The notes under the pieces were generated by a model that was not told the origin of the DNA, made no database searches, and was given only the letters and a program-made list of their open reading frames with translations. Both the position numbers and the translations under genes were made by a program. From an uncultured delta proteobacterium (GTDB taxonomy: Bacteria > Desulfobacterota > Binatia > UBA9968), in contig CAVUZH010000016.1 of the NCBI GenBank assembly GCA_963745835.1, positions 352,001 through 416,000 of the forward strand: a stretch of DNA of 64,000 nucleotides. Direction: 5' to 3'. Of the stretch, positions 51,817-63,046 are shown piece by piece. Every line of letters begins with the position of its first letter. Positions within the stretch are counted from its first letter, which is position 1.

Positions 51817-53331
51817 ATGAAACTACGGAAGTTCATAAATCAGCGGTTCATATCACTGCTGCTGCTGTCGCTTTCGTTCAGTCCTGAGGCGCTCGCGGCT
51901 CAACTTCAGCTGGCGTGGGTAGATAATTCCGCTAATGAGGACGGCTTTAAGATCGATCGATTGATCGGAGCAACTGGAGCCTTCGTGCCGATTGCAACGG
52001 TTGGCGCAAACGTAACCTCCTACACCGATCCAAACCTTTCCTACGGAACTAACTACTGTTATAGGGTCAGAGCTTTCAACAGCGCTGGAGATTCTCCCTC
52101 CGTCGAAGCCTGCAAAGCTACTGAAACATTGGCAACTTCTATTCTCTCGATTAGCAGGTCAGGAAATGGCAGTGGCACCGTCACCTCTAATCCAACAGCC
52201 GTAAACTGCGGCACAAGTTGCGATGCGACGTTGACCACCGGCGCTACCGTATCATTGGTGGCCACACCAGCCGCAGGTTCGACATTTACCGGCTGGAGCG
52301 GTCACGCAGATTGCATCGATGGTTCGGTTACGATGAACACAAATAAAAGCTGTATCGCGACGTTCAATAAACCCAGGGTCGACCTACGGGCGGAGTGGCT
52401 GCACGATAGCGCACAGCTTTTAACCAACCGGACCAAATACGCAGACGTCAATGGCGACGGAAAAATCGATGCAGTTTACTTTGATACTGCCGGAAGCCGA
52501 GGAATCTGGGTTAGTTTAGGCACTGAGAATGGGTTTGCACCGGCAGAGATGTGGCTGCAACACGGCGATTCCACCCCGGATCAAATTCAATATGCAGACG
52601 TCAATGGAGACGGAACAGCCGACGCACTCTACTTCGACACGTTACGCAGCCGCGGCGTATGGGTCAGCCTGTCTGAAGGAATCGGCTTTAAGCCGGCAGA
52701 GATGTGGGTCCAGTATGGCGAGTCTACCCCAAACCAAATCCAATACGCAGATATCAACGGAGATGGTAAGGCTGATGCGCTTTACTTTGACAGCGGTAAA
52801 TCGAACTGTGTCCACGTCAGTTTCTCGACTGGCATCGGCTTTACTTCTCCGAAATCCTGGATCTGCCATGGACCCTCGACGCCGGACCAGATCCAGTATG
52901 CAGACGTGAACGGGGATGGAAAAGTTGATGCAATATACTTTGATACATTTCGCAGCCGAGGCGTATGGGTGAGCCTATCCACAGGGACAGCCTTTAAGCC
53001 GGTGAAAAACTGGCTGCAACATGGCGATTCGACGCCCAATCAGATTCAGTATGCTGATGTGAACGGAGACGGCAAAGCAGACGCGCTTTATTTTGATACG
53101 TTCCGCAGCCGAGGCGTATGGGTGAGCTTATCTACCGGAACAGGTTTTACCCAAGGGCAGCTGTGGCTAGAACACGGAGAATCCGCACCAGACCAGATCG
53201 AATACTCCGATCTTAACGGGGATGGAAAAGCCGACGCTATTTACTACGATACTCTGCGCAGCGGAGGCGTGTGGGTCAGTTTATCCAACGGCGATAGTTT
53301 CGCTTCGGCTTTTCTTTGGTCAACTAACTGA
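51817..53331 (+). CDS. Secreted protein: FN3 domain, InlB B-repeat-like domain, 6 FG-GAP/VCBS-like repeats
   Basis: Signal peptide; WVDNSANEDGF..YCYRVRAFN; GSGTVTS..FTGWSG..C; 6x YADVNGDGKxD 51-aa repeats. Confidence 0.85.
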   Translation: MKLRKFINQRFISLLLLSLSFSPEALAAQLQLAWVDNSANEDGFKIDRLIGATGAFVPIATVGANVTSYTDPNLSYGTNYCYRVRAFNSAGDSPSVEACKATETLATSILSISRSGNGSGTVTSNPTAVNCGTSCDATLTTGATVSLVATPAAGSTFTGWSGHADCIDGSVTMNTNKSCIATFNKPRVDLRAEWLHDSAQLLTNRTKYADVNGDGKIDAVYFDTAGSRGIWVSLGTENGFAPAEMWLQHGDSTPDQIQYADVNGDGTADALYFDTLRSRGVWVSLSEGIGFKPAEMWVQYGESTPNQIQYADINGDGKADALYFDSGKSNCVHVSFSTGIGFTSPKSWICHGPSTPDQIQYADVNGDGKVDAIYFDTFRSRGVWVSLSTGTAFKPVKNWLQHGDSTPNQIQYADVNGDGKADALYFDTFRSRGVWVSLSTGTGFTQGQLWLEHGESAPDQIEYSDLNGDGKADAIYYDTLRSGGVWVSLSNGDSFASAFLWSTN

Positions 53332-53441
53332 TCACCGATCTAAGCCGGATCATTTGCTTCATAACCGTTAGCTGAGCAACTTCTCTGGCCTGCGGCTACT
53401 AAGCGACACATTGGCAACGATCGAAATTTGCCGATACAGAA

Positions 53442-55754
53442 TCATGGGAGCCAAAGAAGGCCATTACCGAAAACAGCGCCGTTTGACAGGCTAACCCAGA
53501 CGCCCTTACTCCTTGAAGTGTCGAAATAGGATGCATCGGCTTTGCCATCTCCATTCACATCGATGTATTGAATCTGATCCGGAGTAGAGGCTCCGTGCCG
53601 CAACCACAACTCTCCAGCACCGAACGACGTTCCTGTTGAGCGACTTACCCACACTCCTCTACTGCGCAGTGTGTCAAAGTAGACTGCATCGACCCTACCA
53701 TCTCCGTCAACATCGGCATATTGGATCTGATCAGGGCTCGAAGGTCCGTGTTGAAGCCATAATTGCGCCCCTAAGAAACTGGTACCTGTTGATAGACTCA
53801 CCCAGACACCATTGCTCCTCAGGGTATCGAAATATAGTGCATCGACCTTTCCGTCTCCATTAACATCAACATACTGAAGTTGCTCGGATGTCGACGGTCC
53901 ATGCTGCAGCCAGATCGACGGAGTCGTGAAACCCGAGCCAGTCGATATTCCGACCCGTAGCGTTCCGCCGGTGTCAAAATGGAGCGCATCGGCTTTGCCG
54001 TCCCCGTTTACATCAAAATACTTGATCTGATCCGGCGTCGATGGCGGGTATTGAGCCCACATTTCCGGTGTCGCAAAGCCAGCGCCGCTGGATAGACTCA
54101 CCAATACTCCTCCAGTTTGAGAGGTATCGAAATACAGCGCATCGGCTTTGCCATCTCCATTGACATCAGCGTACTGGATTTGGTCAGGCGTCGATGGGCC
54201 GTGTTGAAGCCACATGTCCGGTGCTGTGAAACCGGTACCTGTCGACAACCCGACCCAAATCCCGTTACTTCTAAATGTATCGAAATACAATGCATCGGCC
54301 TTGCCATCGCCGTCTACGTCAGCATATTGGATCTGATCGGGAGTCGATGGCCCATGCTGCAACCACATTTCTGGAACCGTTGGATCAGTGCCTGTCGATA
54401 GACTCACCCAAACCCCTGCCCCGCCGGAAACGTCGAAATTTAGAGTATCGACCTTACCGTCTCCGTTTACATCAGCATATTGGATTTGACCTATAGAAAT
54501 GTTTTTTGGGTAGATAAAGTTTATGCCTGCAATGTCGTCAGTTTGTAGCGCGGCACCGCGACCGTCGAAGTGGGCAAAAGCATTCATAGTCGCAGTCGTG
54601 TCTGACGAATGGCCCAAACCAAGCACGTGTCCTAGTTCATGCGTTGCTACTTCGGCGAGATTGTTGAAATTTTCATAAAACCCGCAACCCTGCCAGCCGT
54701 CGGCGAATACAAGATCTCCTTCAAGGATCCGGAAAAACGTTTGACCATTGGCCACTCCGGTCTGGTTCGTACTTCGAAAGAATCCGCCGATAGCTAGTGT
54801 GCCACTGCAACCCTGTGGTGGATCGATCTGACCCAGTGGATCACCAAACGAAACCGCATTGATACCGTCAAACGCAAACCCTTGCGCAGAGGTAAAGCCA
54901 GCGTCATGAAATCTAAATGTTGTGCCTATAACGGTGCTCCAAGCCTGATAAGCATTACGGATCTGCTCAAATCCACCACCTGGAGCATTGGCTTCTCCCT
55001 GAGAATTCAAGAACATCGAGACCTGGCTGTTGCTGTCCGGTTCAAACCACCTTGACGCAGTGCCAAGAAAACTAAACTTTTCATGATTCTCGACGATGTC
55101 TCCCGGCAACGCGTGCAGAATAGAAAGAGCCGCAGACCGATTTGCTTGTTCTTGCGCGGCTTGAGCTGCTATTTCCGCTTTGAACCGGCTCAAGGCCCGC
55201 ATTTCGACAACCGCACTAGCTGAAGTTGGATTTGTACCTGAAGGCGCTAGACGTTGGACCCCTTCTGGCATCGAATATCTGGAGGCAAATTGTTCTCCGG
55301 TTCGTGAATCCGGCACGATCGAAAATTTTCCCTCGTACAAGTTTAGCACTCGTGGACTGCCATCGGAATTCGGCGTCAGAAATAGCAGAACTCGTTCGCC
55401 CATCGCAAATTCAGGGCTTCCGAAGATCCAGGACCGGAGCCCTCCAACGACTCCACCTAACTGCTTTATCGTTATCTCAGCGTCACCGAGTTCTCCTTTG
55501 AGGACTTCCTCGATCCTAATCCCGATATGGGTATAGATTTGCGTCTTTGCCGCATACCAATGGCCATCAATTCTTGTAACTTTCCCTACAACGATCATGC
55601 TTGCTTGTCGAATGAGGTTACGATCTTCAGTGGGTATGATAATAGTTGCATCGGCATTCCTCAGATGGCCCATGACGGAAATCAAAATAGCGCAAAGGAT
55701 CAGTAGCCTCGGGAGTCGGCGCGAAAATACTCTGGTCCGCTGTTGATGAATCAA
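53442..55754 (-). CDS. Secreted matrixin-like (M10) metalloprotease with 7 FG-GAP/VCBS-like repeats
   Basis: HELGHVLGLGHS metzincin motif, ATM Met-turn, DDIAGI..IYP; 7x YxDVxGDGxxD repeats. Confidence 0.88.
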   Translation of the reverse strand: MIHQQRTRVFSRRLPRLLILCAILISVMGHLRNADATIIIPTEDRNLIRQASMIVVGKVTRIDGHWYAAKTQIYTHIGIRIEEVLKGELGDAEITIKQLGGVVGGLRSWIFGSPEFAMGERVLLFLTPNSDGSPRVLNLYEGKFSIVPDSRTGEQFASRYSMPEGVQRLAPSGTNPTSASAVVEMRALSRFKAEIAAQAAQEQANRSAALSILHALPGDIVENHEKFSFLGTASRWFEPDSNSQVSMFLNSQGEANAPGGGFEQIRNAYQAWSTVIGTTFRFHDAGFTSAQGFAFDGINAVSFGDPLGQIDPPQGCSGTLAIGGFFRSTNQTGVANGQTFFRILEGDLVFADGWQGCGFYENFNNLAEVATHELGHVLGLGHSSDTTATMNAFAHFDGRGAALQTDDIAGINFIYPKNISIGQIQYADVNGDGKVDTLNFDVSGGAGVWVSLSTGTDPTVPEMWLQHGPSTPDQIQYADVDGDGKADALYFDTFRSNGIWVGLSTGTGFTAPDMWLQHGPSTPDQIQYADVNGDGKADALYFDTSQTGGVLVSLSSGAGFATPEMWAQYPPSTPDQIKYFDVNGDGKADALHFDTGGTLRVGISTGSGFTTPSIWLQHGPSTSEQLQYVDVNGDGKVDALYFDTLRSNGVWVSLSTGTSFLGAQLWLQHGPSSPDQIQYADVDGDGRVDAVYFDTLRSRGVWVSRSTGTSFGAGELWLRHGASTPDQIQYIDVNGDGKADASYFDTSRSKGVWVSLSNGAVFGNGLLWLP

Positions 55755-55795
55755 GTTGATCGATCCTTGTTTAAAAAACGTTAGACTACCTAGTA

Positions 55796-56269
55796 CTATG
55801 TGATTGCCTCTTGGACTTGCAACTTGAAGTTGTCGAGCGGGAATTGATCCAGTGGTTTACTAACTCCCGGAATTCTACGCACCGCCATCTCCCCTTCAGG
55901 ACGTCGTAGAATCGAGAACTTACCTTGAAAAGAGCCAACTAGTTGTAACCTGTCTCGGTTGTTTTTAAGCAGGAATACGGCGACTCTTTCTCCCTCTTCA
56001 AACGACGCCGCTTCGCCCACCGAACTAGCGATCTCCCCCGCGATGCCGCCAAGTTGATGGAAGCTGATTTTGCCATACTCAACCGTACCTTTGAAAATCT
56101 CTTCAACTTTCAAATCGATCCGAGTTTCAATCGCGGTTCGATTGAGGTTCCAATCACTTGCTATGAAACTTACCGTACCAAGAACAATGACATCCGACCG
56201 CTTCGCTAGCTCAGCGATTGAAAGTGCGCGTGTAAGGACAGAACTCGCTTGAACATTGCCAGCGCACAA
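55796..56269 (-). CDS. Putative secreted protein homologous to the protease N-terminal domain; 5' end probably frameshifted
   Basis: VIVLGTV..W..IET..VEEIFKG..QLGG..F..GERVAVFL..QGKFSI parallels IVVGKV..W..IYT..IEEVLKG..QLGG..F..GERVLLFL..EGKFSI. Confidence 0.75.
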   Translation of the reverse strand: MCAGNVQASSVLTRALSIAELAKRSDVIVLGTVSFIASDWNLNRTAIETRIDLKVEEIFKGTVEYGKISFHQLGGIAGEIASSVGEAASFEEGERVAVFLLKNNRDRLQLVGSFQGKFSILRRPEGEMAVRRIPGVSKPLDQFPLDNFKLQVQEAIT

Positions 56270-56604
56270 AAGGGTCAGGATAAACAGGAATCACTATGCG
56301 AGGAGTTGTGGATAGGTTTACGAGTTTGGCAAAACCTGCCGGTTTCTGAAGTTTCACTGGAGAGCATGAATGTCGGGTCGAGATTGTGGCGCCTACAATT
56401 GACCAAAATGGAACATATGTCAACTTAATTCATGGTAATTCGTTGCATGTGACATTCACGTTGGCTAGAATTATTGCTATTCGCGTCAATTGAATTCGCT
56501 TCTGAATTCGCTTCACGCTTGTGTCTTCCAAATAGGTGGCGGACTTCATGTCAGCTAAGTCTGGGAGTAAGCGGACGCTTTCTCACGCGCGCCGCAATCT
56601 CCGC

Positions 56605-57822
56605 TCAGGCTAAAGCGCGGTCGAATGCTCGCGCTAGACCCAAGTTCCATGGCTCAAGCGAAAACTTCGTCTCAACATCTCTTCTGGCGGTCTCGCTCAA
56701 CTGGCGTCGCCTGCGTGAGTCCTTGATGAACATAGCAAGGACGTCCGTTAAGACGTCCGCTATCTTAGGGCTTGCCATCAAGAGCGGCCTGTAGTCTTCC
56801 ATAAGCATACCGTCTGGAGTCATCCACGAGGTCTCCCCATAACGACCGGCCACTATTAGGCCGTTTCTCTCATGATCGATATATTCCGCAATGCCCCAGC
56901 CATCGGAAGTGACGATTGTCAAACCGTGGGCCATCGCTTGTACAATCGAGACCACGTGCAGCCGGGCGGAAGGCAATAAGTAGATGTCCGCGCTTTCGAA
57001 CAGCAATTGAACTTCGTCTGCCGGAAGAAATCGATCGATCACCGTAACGTTGCAACGTTCGATAATTTGCCGATATCGCCCATTCAAGTCGTCCGGCAGC
57101 TTGCTTCTGACGATGAGTCGCAAGTTTTTGTATTCTGAATAAAGCATTGAGTAAGCTTCTAAGACATCGAGGCCGCCGCGCAGGTAAAAGCCTGTGGCTC
57201 CTTGATGCCAGGAGTTCGTAAACAATAGCGTAACCGCATCGATGTCGGTCCTCCTTTTTTTAATACGGCGGGACCTGAATACCCATCGGAATGTGTCTGA
57301 CCTTTTCGGCGAGATTGGGATTTCAGAACAAGATCGGAATACTCTGGGCAGTAGAGCGAACGTGGCAGATGATACCTCGACAGCTTTCATTTTCCAGTAA
57401 GGCTTTTATGCGTCGCAAGAAGCCGGAGTCGTAGATCCCATCCAATCCTAACAATCGCGGATAGAGTCTCTTGCCGTTGATTCTTGGAAAAGGCGCGAAC
57501 AAGGTCGTGGTATCGTCAATCTCAATCACCTAAGCGGTCTGCCCGACAACCAATTGGGTACTCGGAGGAAGAGCCAGCACATTGCCGTATAGTTAGCAAA
57601 CGGATCTACGAGAAGAATCTGTCCGGATTTGATCCGCTCGCGTTCGCTTTGGTCGCAGATGTCCTTCTGACACAAGCGTGATGGCCTGCGCGATGAACAG
57701 GCTTAAACCATCTCAGGGCCTTGAGCGTTCGTGCTTTGGAATACTAGACTGGCTGGCAGCAACAAACTCATGAGCCGCCAGTGAATTAGGAACATCCTCG
57801 CATTGAGGATGCCTCGCAACAT
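56605..57822 (-). pseudogene. Family 4 glycosyltransferase, several frameshifts in the 5' half
   Basis: ADIYLLPS, AMAHGLTIVTSD..EYI..NG, FSLEPW; upstream fragments lie in other frames; start approximate. Confidence 0.7.
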
Positions 57823-57883
57823 GCTTGACACTCACAATGGCCGGCGAAGACACTTCTTTTCCTTTACAAATCAGGCGGCACGG

Positions 57884-59857
57884 CTATCTTTGATCCGAAG
57901 TGTTTGTCTCTTGCGCCTCTCGTCTCAAAATGACAGCTCCCTCGGGAAAAATAGACCTTCTATAAAACCTCATTGTCGGCTCAATGACGTCGGTGATTCT
58001 AAAATTTTGCCGAAGATATTCTTTAAAAGGGTCCGTCGAAGGCATTAACTCTTCTTCAAGGACTTTCTCATCATAAAGGCTCATAACAATGACGTTTGTG
58101 TTGGACTGTTCTAGCCGTTCGACCGCCGCTTGACGCCAGCGATAAACCAAGCCAGGCCAGTTGAAGACGTCGGATGACTCCACACCATCTATTTTAATCA
58201 CGTCATCGTAAGACCATATCTTTCCTAACTGGATCATCAAATTTTCGCCTGCAAACGAGTCCGGCCACTGATAGATCAACGGAGTTAATTTGACATAGCG
58301 AGACGACAAAAATCCGTTAGGGTCTTCTTGCGGGAGCTGATAACGTTCTATCTGACGCCGGATATCTTCAAAGAGTTCGAACACGTCTTGTTCGACAAAG
58401 ATGCCGTTCACCGCACCTTGTTCCAGCTTAACCAACCGTCCGGTATTCAAATCTTGTAATTGCGTGTGAACAAGAAGCAGGTAGTTGGAACCTACCGAAT
58501 ACAGTATGAAGAAAATCGCCAATGCGGTCGTTAGCCGCCTACCCGTCGCAGCGAAGTAATTCATGACGGAAGGCAGTAGGCAACCCAAAAACACCGCTAT
58601 GGGAAAGACCCCAAGATAAAGCATGTTGTATGTGGGAAAAAAACGAGCAAAGGTAGCCGGAGTCAAGAGAAGAAGAAATAAAGCAATCTTTGCTTTTTCT
58701 TTCTGCAACCATCCATTCAGGTAAAAGTACAGAGTCGTTGCGGTTAAAGCTAGAAAAGCCGGGAGAATCCCTGCTGCGATTCCGCCGATTCGGCCGACCG
58801 CCCGGTGATCCGCAATGATATCGACGGGAAAGATAAAAAATAGTAGCTCCTGCCAAGAGTAGCCTACCGAGGCGGCGAGCACCACGAATAAAACCCCGAC
58901 AACCGCAAAGGGAAGAAATACGAACGACAACGTCCGCAGTTTGCGGAAACCTCCACGTCCATTTACGGGTGGAATAGCTATGTAAATTACAGCGAAACCG
59001 ATCACCAGTATCCACGCCCAGAAGGTTCTATTGACGCTTACTGAAGTAGAGACTAAATCATTAACATCGGAGTATTCGATCAATAGACGTCGGTACACCA
59101 CCTTCCTAAGAAATATCACTAGCCATATGGAACTAAATGTGGTTAAGACAACAACAGCAAGCGTGTTGAATAATCGCGCTCGACGATCTCGAGCAGTAAT
59201 GAAGTTGTAGATATCCGCGGCAGTATCGCGCAGCGAGACAAAATTTTGGTTCCAATTTTGTCGAATGATCCAATCGACGAGCAACAAACTCGACGGCAAA
59301 AGGAGAAGCAGAGCCGAACTATTGGGATGTCCCCTTGATGCAAACGCGAGAAATGCAAAAACAGCACTGCAGTAAACGTATATTCTACGACTGGTTTGTA
59401 AGAACTTAACGCCGAAATAGATCGCAAAGGAGGCGACGGCCCCCTCAATGAAATACTCCAGCCGCGGATGAGGAAAGGTGCTTAGAGAGTGGCACAATAG
59501 CGTCAAGGCAAACGCCATGAATGGTTCGGAGATTGTGCGCAGAGTGAGATAAATGGGAACTGTCGCCAACAGAATGAGTAAGCAAGTTACGAGTCGAAAA
59601 CCTAAAACCTCGTTGCCGAACCCGAGCGAATACAAGTAATACAGATAAGCCGCAAGCGGAGTGTAGGGCCATCCTGTAGATTTTCCGATGAGCTGACCGG
59701 CGCGAATCGTTTCAACTGCCGTTACCGCCTCGTAATCCTCAGTGGCCAAGTAAAAGCAAGAGGAGAATACAAAGACAACTCCGAGATAAAGAATCAATAT
59801 CGTCAAACAGAAAACATCCATGAAGATGCGCTTCTTAGTTTTAATGAAGTTCAACAA
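57884..59857 (-). CDS. Polytopic membrane protein (GT-C/ArnT-like glycan modifier)
   Basis: Many TM segments, early ED and YTPLAAY loop, soluble C-terminus, glycosyltransferase neighbourhood. Confidence 0.6.
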   Translation of the reverse strand: MLNFIKTKKRIFMDVFCLTILILYLGVVFVFSSCFYLATEDYEAVTAVETIRAGQLIGKSTGWPYTPLAAYLYYLYSLGFGNEVLGFRLVTCLLILLATVPIYLTLRTISEPFMAFALTLLCHSLSTFPHPRLEYFIEGAVASFAIYFGVKFLQTSRRIYVYCSAVFAFLAFASRGHPNSSALLLLLPSSLLLVDWIIRQNWNQNFVSLRDTAADIYNFITARDRRARLFNTLAVVVLTTFSSIWLVIFLRKVVYRRLLIEYSDVNDLVSTSVSVNRTFWAWILVIGFAVIYIAIPPVNGRGGFRKLRTLSFVFLPFAVVGVLFVVLAASVGYSWQELLFFIFPVDIIADHRAVGRIGGIAAGILPAFLALTATTLYFYLNGWLQKEKAKIALFLLLLTPATFARFFPTYNMLYLGVFPIAVFLGCLLPSVMNYFAATGRRLTTALAIFFILYSVGSNYLLLVHTQLQDLNTGRLVKLEQGAVNGIFVEQDVFELFEDIRRQIERYQLPQEDPNGFLSSRYVKLTPLIYQWPDSFAGENLMIQLGKIWSYDDVIKIDGVESSDVFNWPGLVYRWRQAAVERLEQSNTNVIVMSLYDEKVLEEELMPSTDPFKEYLRQNFRITDVIEPTMRFYRRSIFPEGAVILRREAQETNTSDQR

Positions 59858-60464
59858 GTGTGCTCCGATCCGCTATTGAGTTCCTCTGTTCTCAACTTTC
59901 GTTCCTGGCATTTGCTCTCGAAAGTACCGGCAAAATTTATAAATATCCACTTGACCTAGTCGAAGTCGGCAAACTGGCAACCCTAGCGAGTCTTTCATCT
60001 GTTGAACCGAATTTCGAACGAACACCGCTAAATCAAAGGTCTTGGCGGGCAAATAGGCAACAACTATGCTGTGTCATTGCCAATCTCTATGCCGATACCG
60101 ACCAGGAGTCAGTGTTTTGACGTGGTCTTTCAATGATCTTTCAAATTAGGCGACCACGGATGGAAGGCGAACCTAAATGTCGGGGAAAGGCTAGAACGTA
60201 CTACTCTATATACACGATATACGCGAGATTTCGAATTTACTCACCAGGGTTTCTCGCAGTCAACTGCCTTTCCGTTGTCTTAGCCGTCGTAATTTGCCGT
60301 GATATAAGGCCGAGTCGAACCTTGCTTTAAGGGCTTGTCGCATGCCCTGGGCTCGTGGTCAGCGGTAAAAGACATTCTCAATCCTCACTCAAGATCGACT
60401 TACGGATTGTTCAATTATCGACCGCTAATCTATCGGACCCAGTCCTTGGAATCACCTCCCGGTA

Positions 60465-62881
60465 TTAAGATCGCTTTTTAGCAACGTATTGATCAATGAG
60501 GCGCTGTACCTCGTCTAAAGACCGGCCGGAGAACCAAGGGTTATATTCATTTCTATTGATCCGCTCGATTTCGAACGCCCCTTCACCTTGCGGAATGGCG
60601 TAGATCTCTTCTCCATACTGAATAATATTGAAGTTCCGATACCCGCTCTCAAGTAGAATAGGTTGTAGTTGGTATTGGTCAATGAGGCGCTGTACCTCAT
60701 CTAAAGACCGGCCGGAGAACCAAGGGTTATATTCATTTCTATTGATCCGCTCGATTTCGAACGCCCCTTGACCTTCCGGAATGGCATAGATCTGTTCTTC
60801 GTACCGAATAATGTTGAAGCTCCGATAACCGCCACGCACTAGAGTAGGTTCTGGTCGGCTATCAGAACGGGATTTCGAAGGAAATTTTGCCAAAAGGCTT
60901 TTAAGTTCGTCCAGTGAATTGCCAACAAAGAATGCATTCTTTGTTTTGTAGTCGTTCACGACCCGCGTGTTTAACCAATGCAAATCAATCGGTCCCAGAG
61001 CCTGAGCTAAAGCAAGATAACGATCCCCATACCGGAAGATGTTAAAGCCGTTGTAACCGTCTTCAACGAGAGTCCATGGTGTATCTGGATCCCATGGGGC
61101 AACCTCTGATCCGGTGACCTGATATACGTGATATTCTGCGTAAATCTCTCGCATGAAGGGTGTGCCGTCCTGTGCCGGACCGTGATAGAAATCGTTTTCT
61201 AAGTCCCCGCCTCCTAGGAAAAGGATGTAAGGTCTGGGCGTAAAAGCCCTGAGTGGGTCCAAGTAGGGATATCTAACCCGGGTCGCGTGCACAAGGCCGA
61301 TTTTCTTCATCGCCACATTCTCGTTCCGCACATACTTATGACTGTGGTAAAGGAGTTTGTCATCAGTGAACTTATAATCGACGTCTAAAAAATAGATGCT
61401 CAGTCGATTTTTATTTCGTGCGAGAAGTTCTTCTAGTTTTGCCGGTGTTTCAACAGCTCTTTTCAATTCGACAATACCGGTGTTTACCGTCCAATAAGGC
61501 ACAATGTGTCCATTTGAATAGAGGCGTATGTCTTCGATGTGCAAAGCATTGCAGATTACGATTGACCGCTCGCTTACGTGAGTCTTGAACCAATCTGCCA
61601 TAGCCAACGTCCCGTCTTCGATCGCATGAACAGTACGGTAACTTCCATATACATTGAGAAGGTGATCACCAATACCTATTGCCAGGATCAAAGCTAGAGA
61701 TCCGCGCAGAATCCGCCGGAAGCGGTCTTCTCTGCACGTCGTCTGCCATACCCGTTCGATACCAATGGCTATCAGAATCGAAAATGGCATAAGCGGATAG
61801 GCCAGATGCGCATGAAGCGTGAATATTCGCAAAAATGGAAGAAAAAATACGGCAAGCCAAAGACCCAAAAAAAGATAGCCGCCAGCATATTTGGCTGCTA
61901 AAACACTGCTTCTGTCCTTGTGCCAGCCGCTCGGCAACAGATAACCAATCAAAGATAGTCCAAGCAAACTCGGCGGCAACAACACTACAAAACTAAACAA
62001 CGCGCGCCACCTAATCGAATCTATCAAATGCCCTAGTGCTGATCCCTCCGCCGGAGCTGAGCTGAGTTGAACTTGTACACCCAATTGGCCCAGCGCGAAC
62101 ACCGGCTGCAACGGCAAGTCTGGAAAAGCGAGTAGCTTGATAAGTGCTGTTGGAAAGACAGCATGCATCAAGAACACTCCGGCCAACAACATCAGTGGCG
62201 TGGGACGACGTGCGCGTTGGAATTCAAGAAAAATTATCAGGATATTCAAACCACCGATAAACTCGCGATACCAAGGGCCGAGCAAGAGCACTCCACATAG
62301 CCCAGCTAAATACCAGGGGCGATCGACCCGGCCCCTCAACTATTTTCCAATAGGCTAGCAGCCCCAAGCATATCAGCAACAAAACAAGGGCATGAATACC
62401 GGAAAAAATCAGCCAACCGCCACCGACAACAGACGGAGAACAGAGTAACAGAACCACTGCCGAGAATAGCGGCAAGATCGCTTTGCGTATAGCGGCGGGC
62501 GACCAGAAAGAAGCATACGGCCAGGGCGCCAACAATAAGGCTTACCGCAGCAAACCAGAGATATGCGGATAGCGTCAGGCGTACTAAAAAAGGCTACACC
62601 AAGCTTATGAATAATGGCATTTACTGGCCGATAACCGGTCGTTGAAGTGCTCTGGAACGAATCGTAAAGGATCTTTTGAAGCAATCTTTCTTGACTCAAT
62701 GTCTGATTGCGAACCAAAACCAAACGAGCCATACAAATTCGCACTCAACTCGGGCGAGTCGGACCATACCAATAGAGTCGTAGAGGAACGAAACATGAAA
62801 AATCCTAGTGCAGACCACAAGCCAAAGAGAGGCAAACCCGACAATGTGCCGGGTGGCTGGCTGTTTGTAGGTATTTTTCAT
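60465..62881 (-). CDS. Polytopic membrane protein (GT-C-like) with 3 C-terminal ~60-aa repeats; frameshifted 5' part
   Basis: GYRP motif in the upstream fragment, TM-rich ORF 60465-62339, repeats GYxxFNIxxY..YA..G..G.SLDE. Confidence 0.6.
60490..60850. repeat. 186-bp intragenic tandem duplication
   Basis: 60493-60582 and 60679-60768 differ at one base. Confidence 0.85.
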
Positions 62882-63046
62882 TTTCGGAATGATAGTGATC
62901 TCCGTCACAGCAATCAGCAGTTTTTTTCGTCCAGGAGGCGCTCAAATGATTGTCGCTGCACGATGTTTTATAATCTATTACTATATTGCTTCCTCAGTGA
63001 AGCCATGAGCATGAATTCCAGACATTATACTGCAACAAGGCTCATC

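Noticed and set aside
52430-54490. 153-bp periodic repeats as a CRISPR array or DGR template/variable pair
   Set aside because: They are in-frame protein repeats with mostly synonymous variation; no reverse transcriptase in the window
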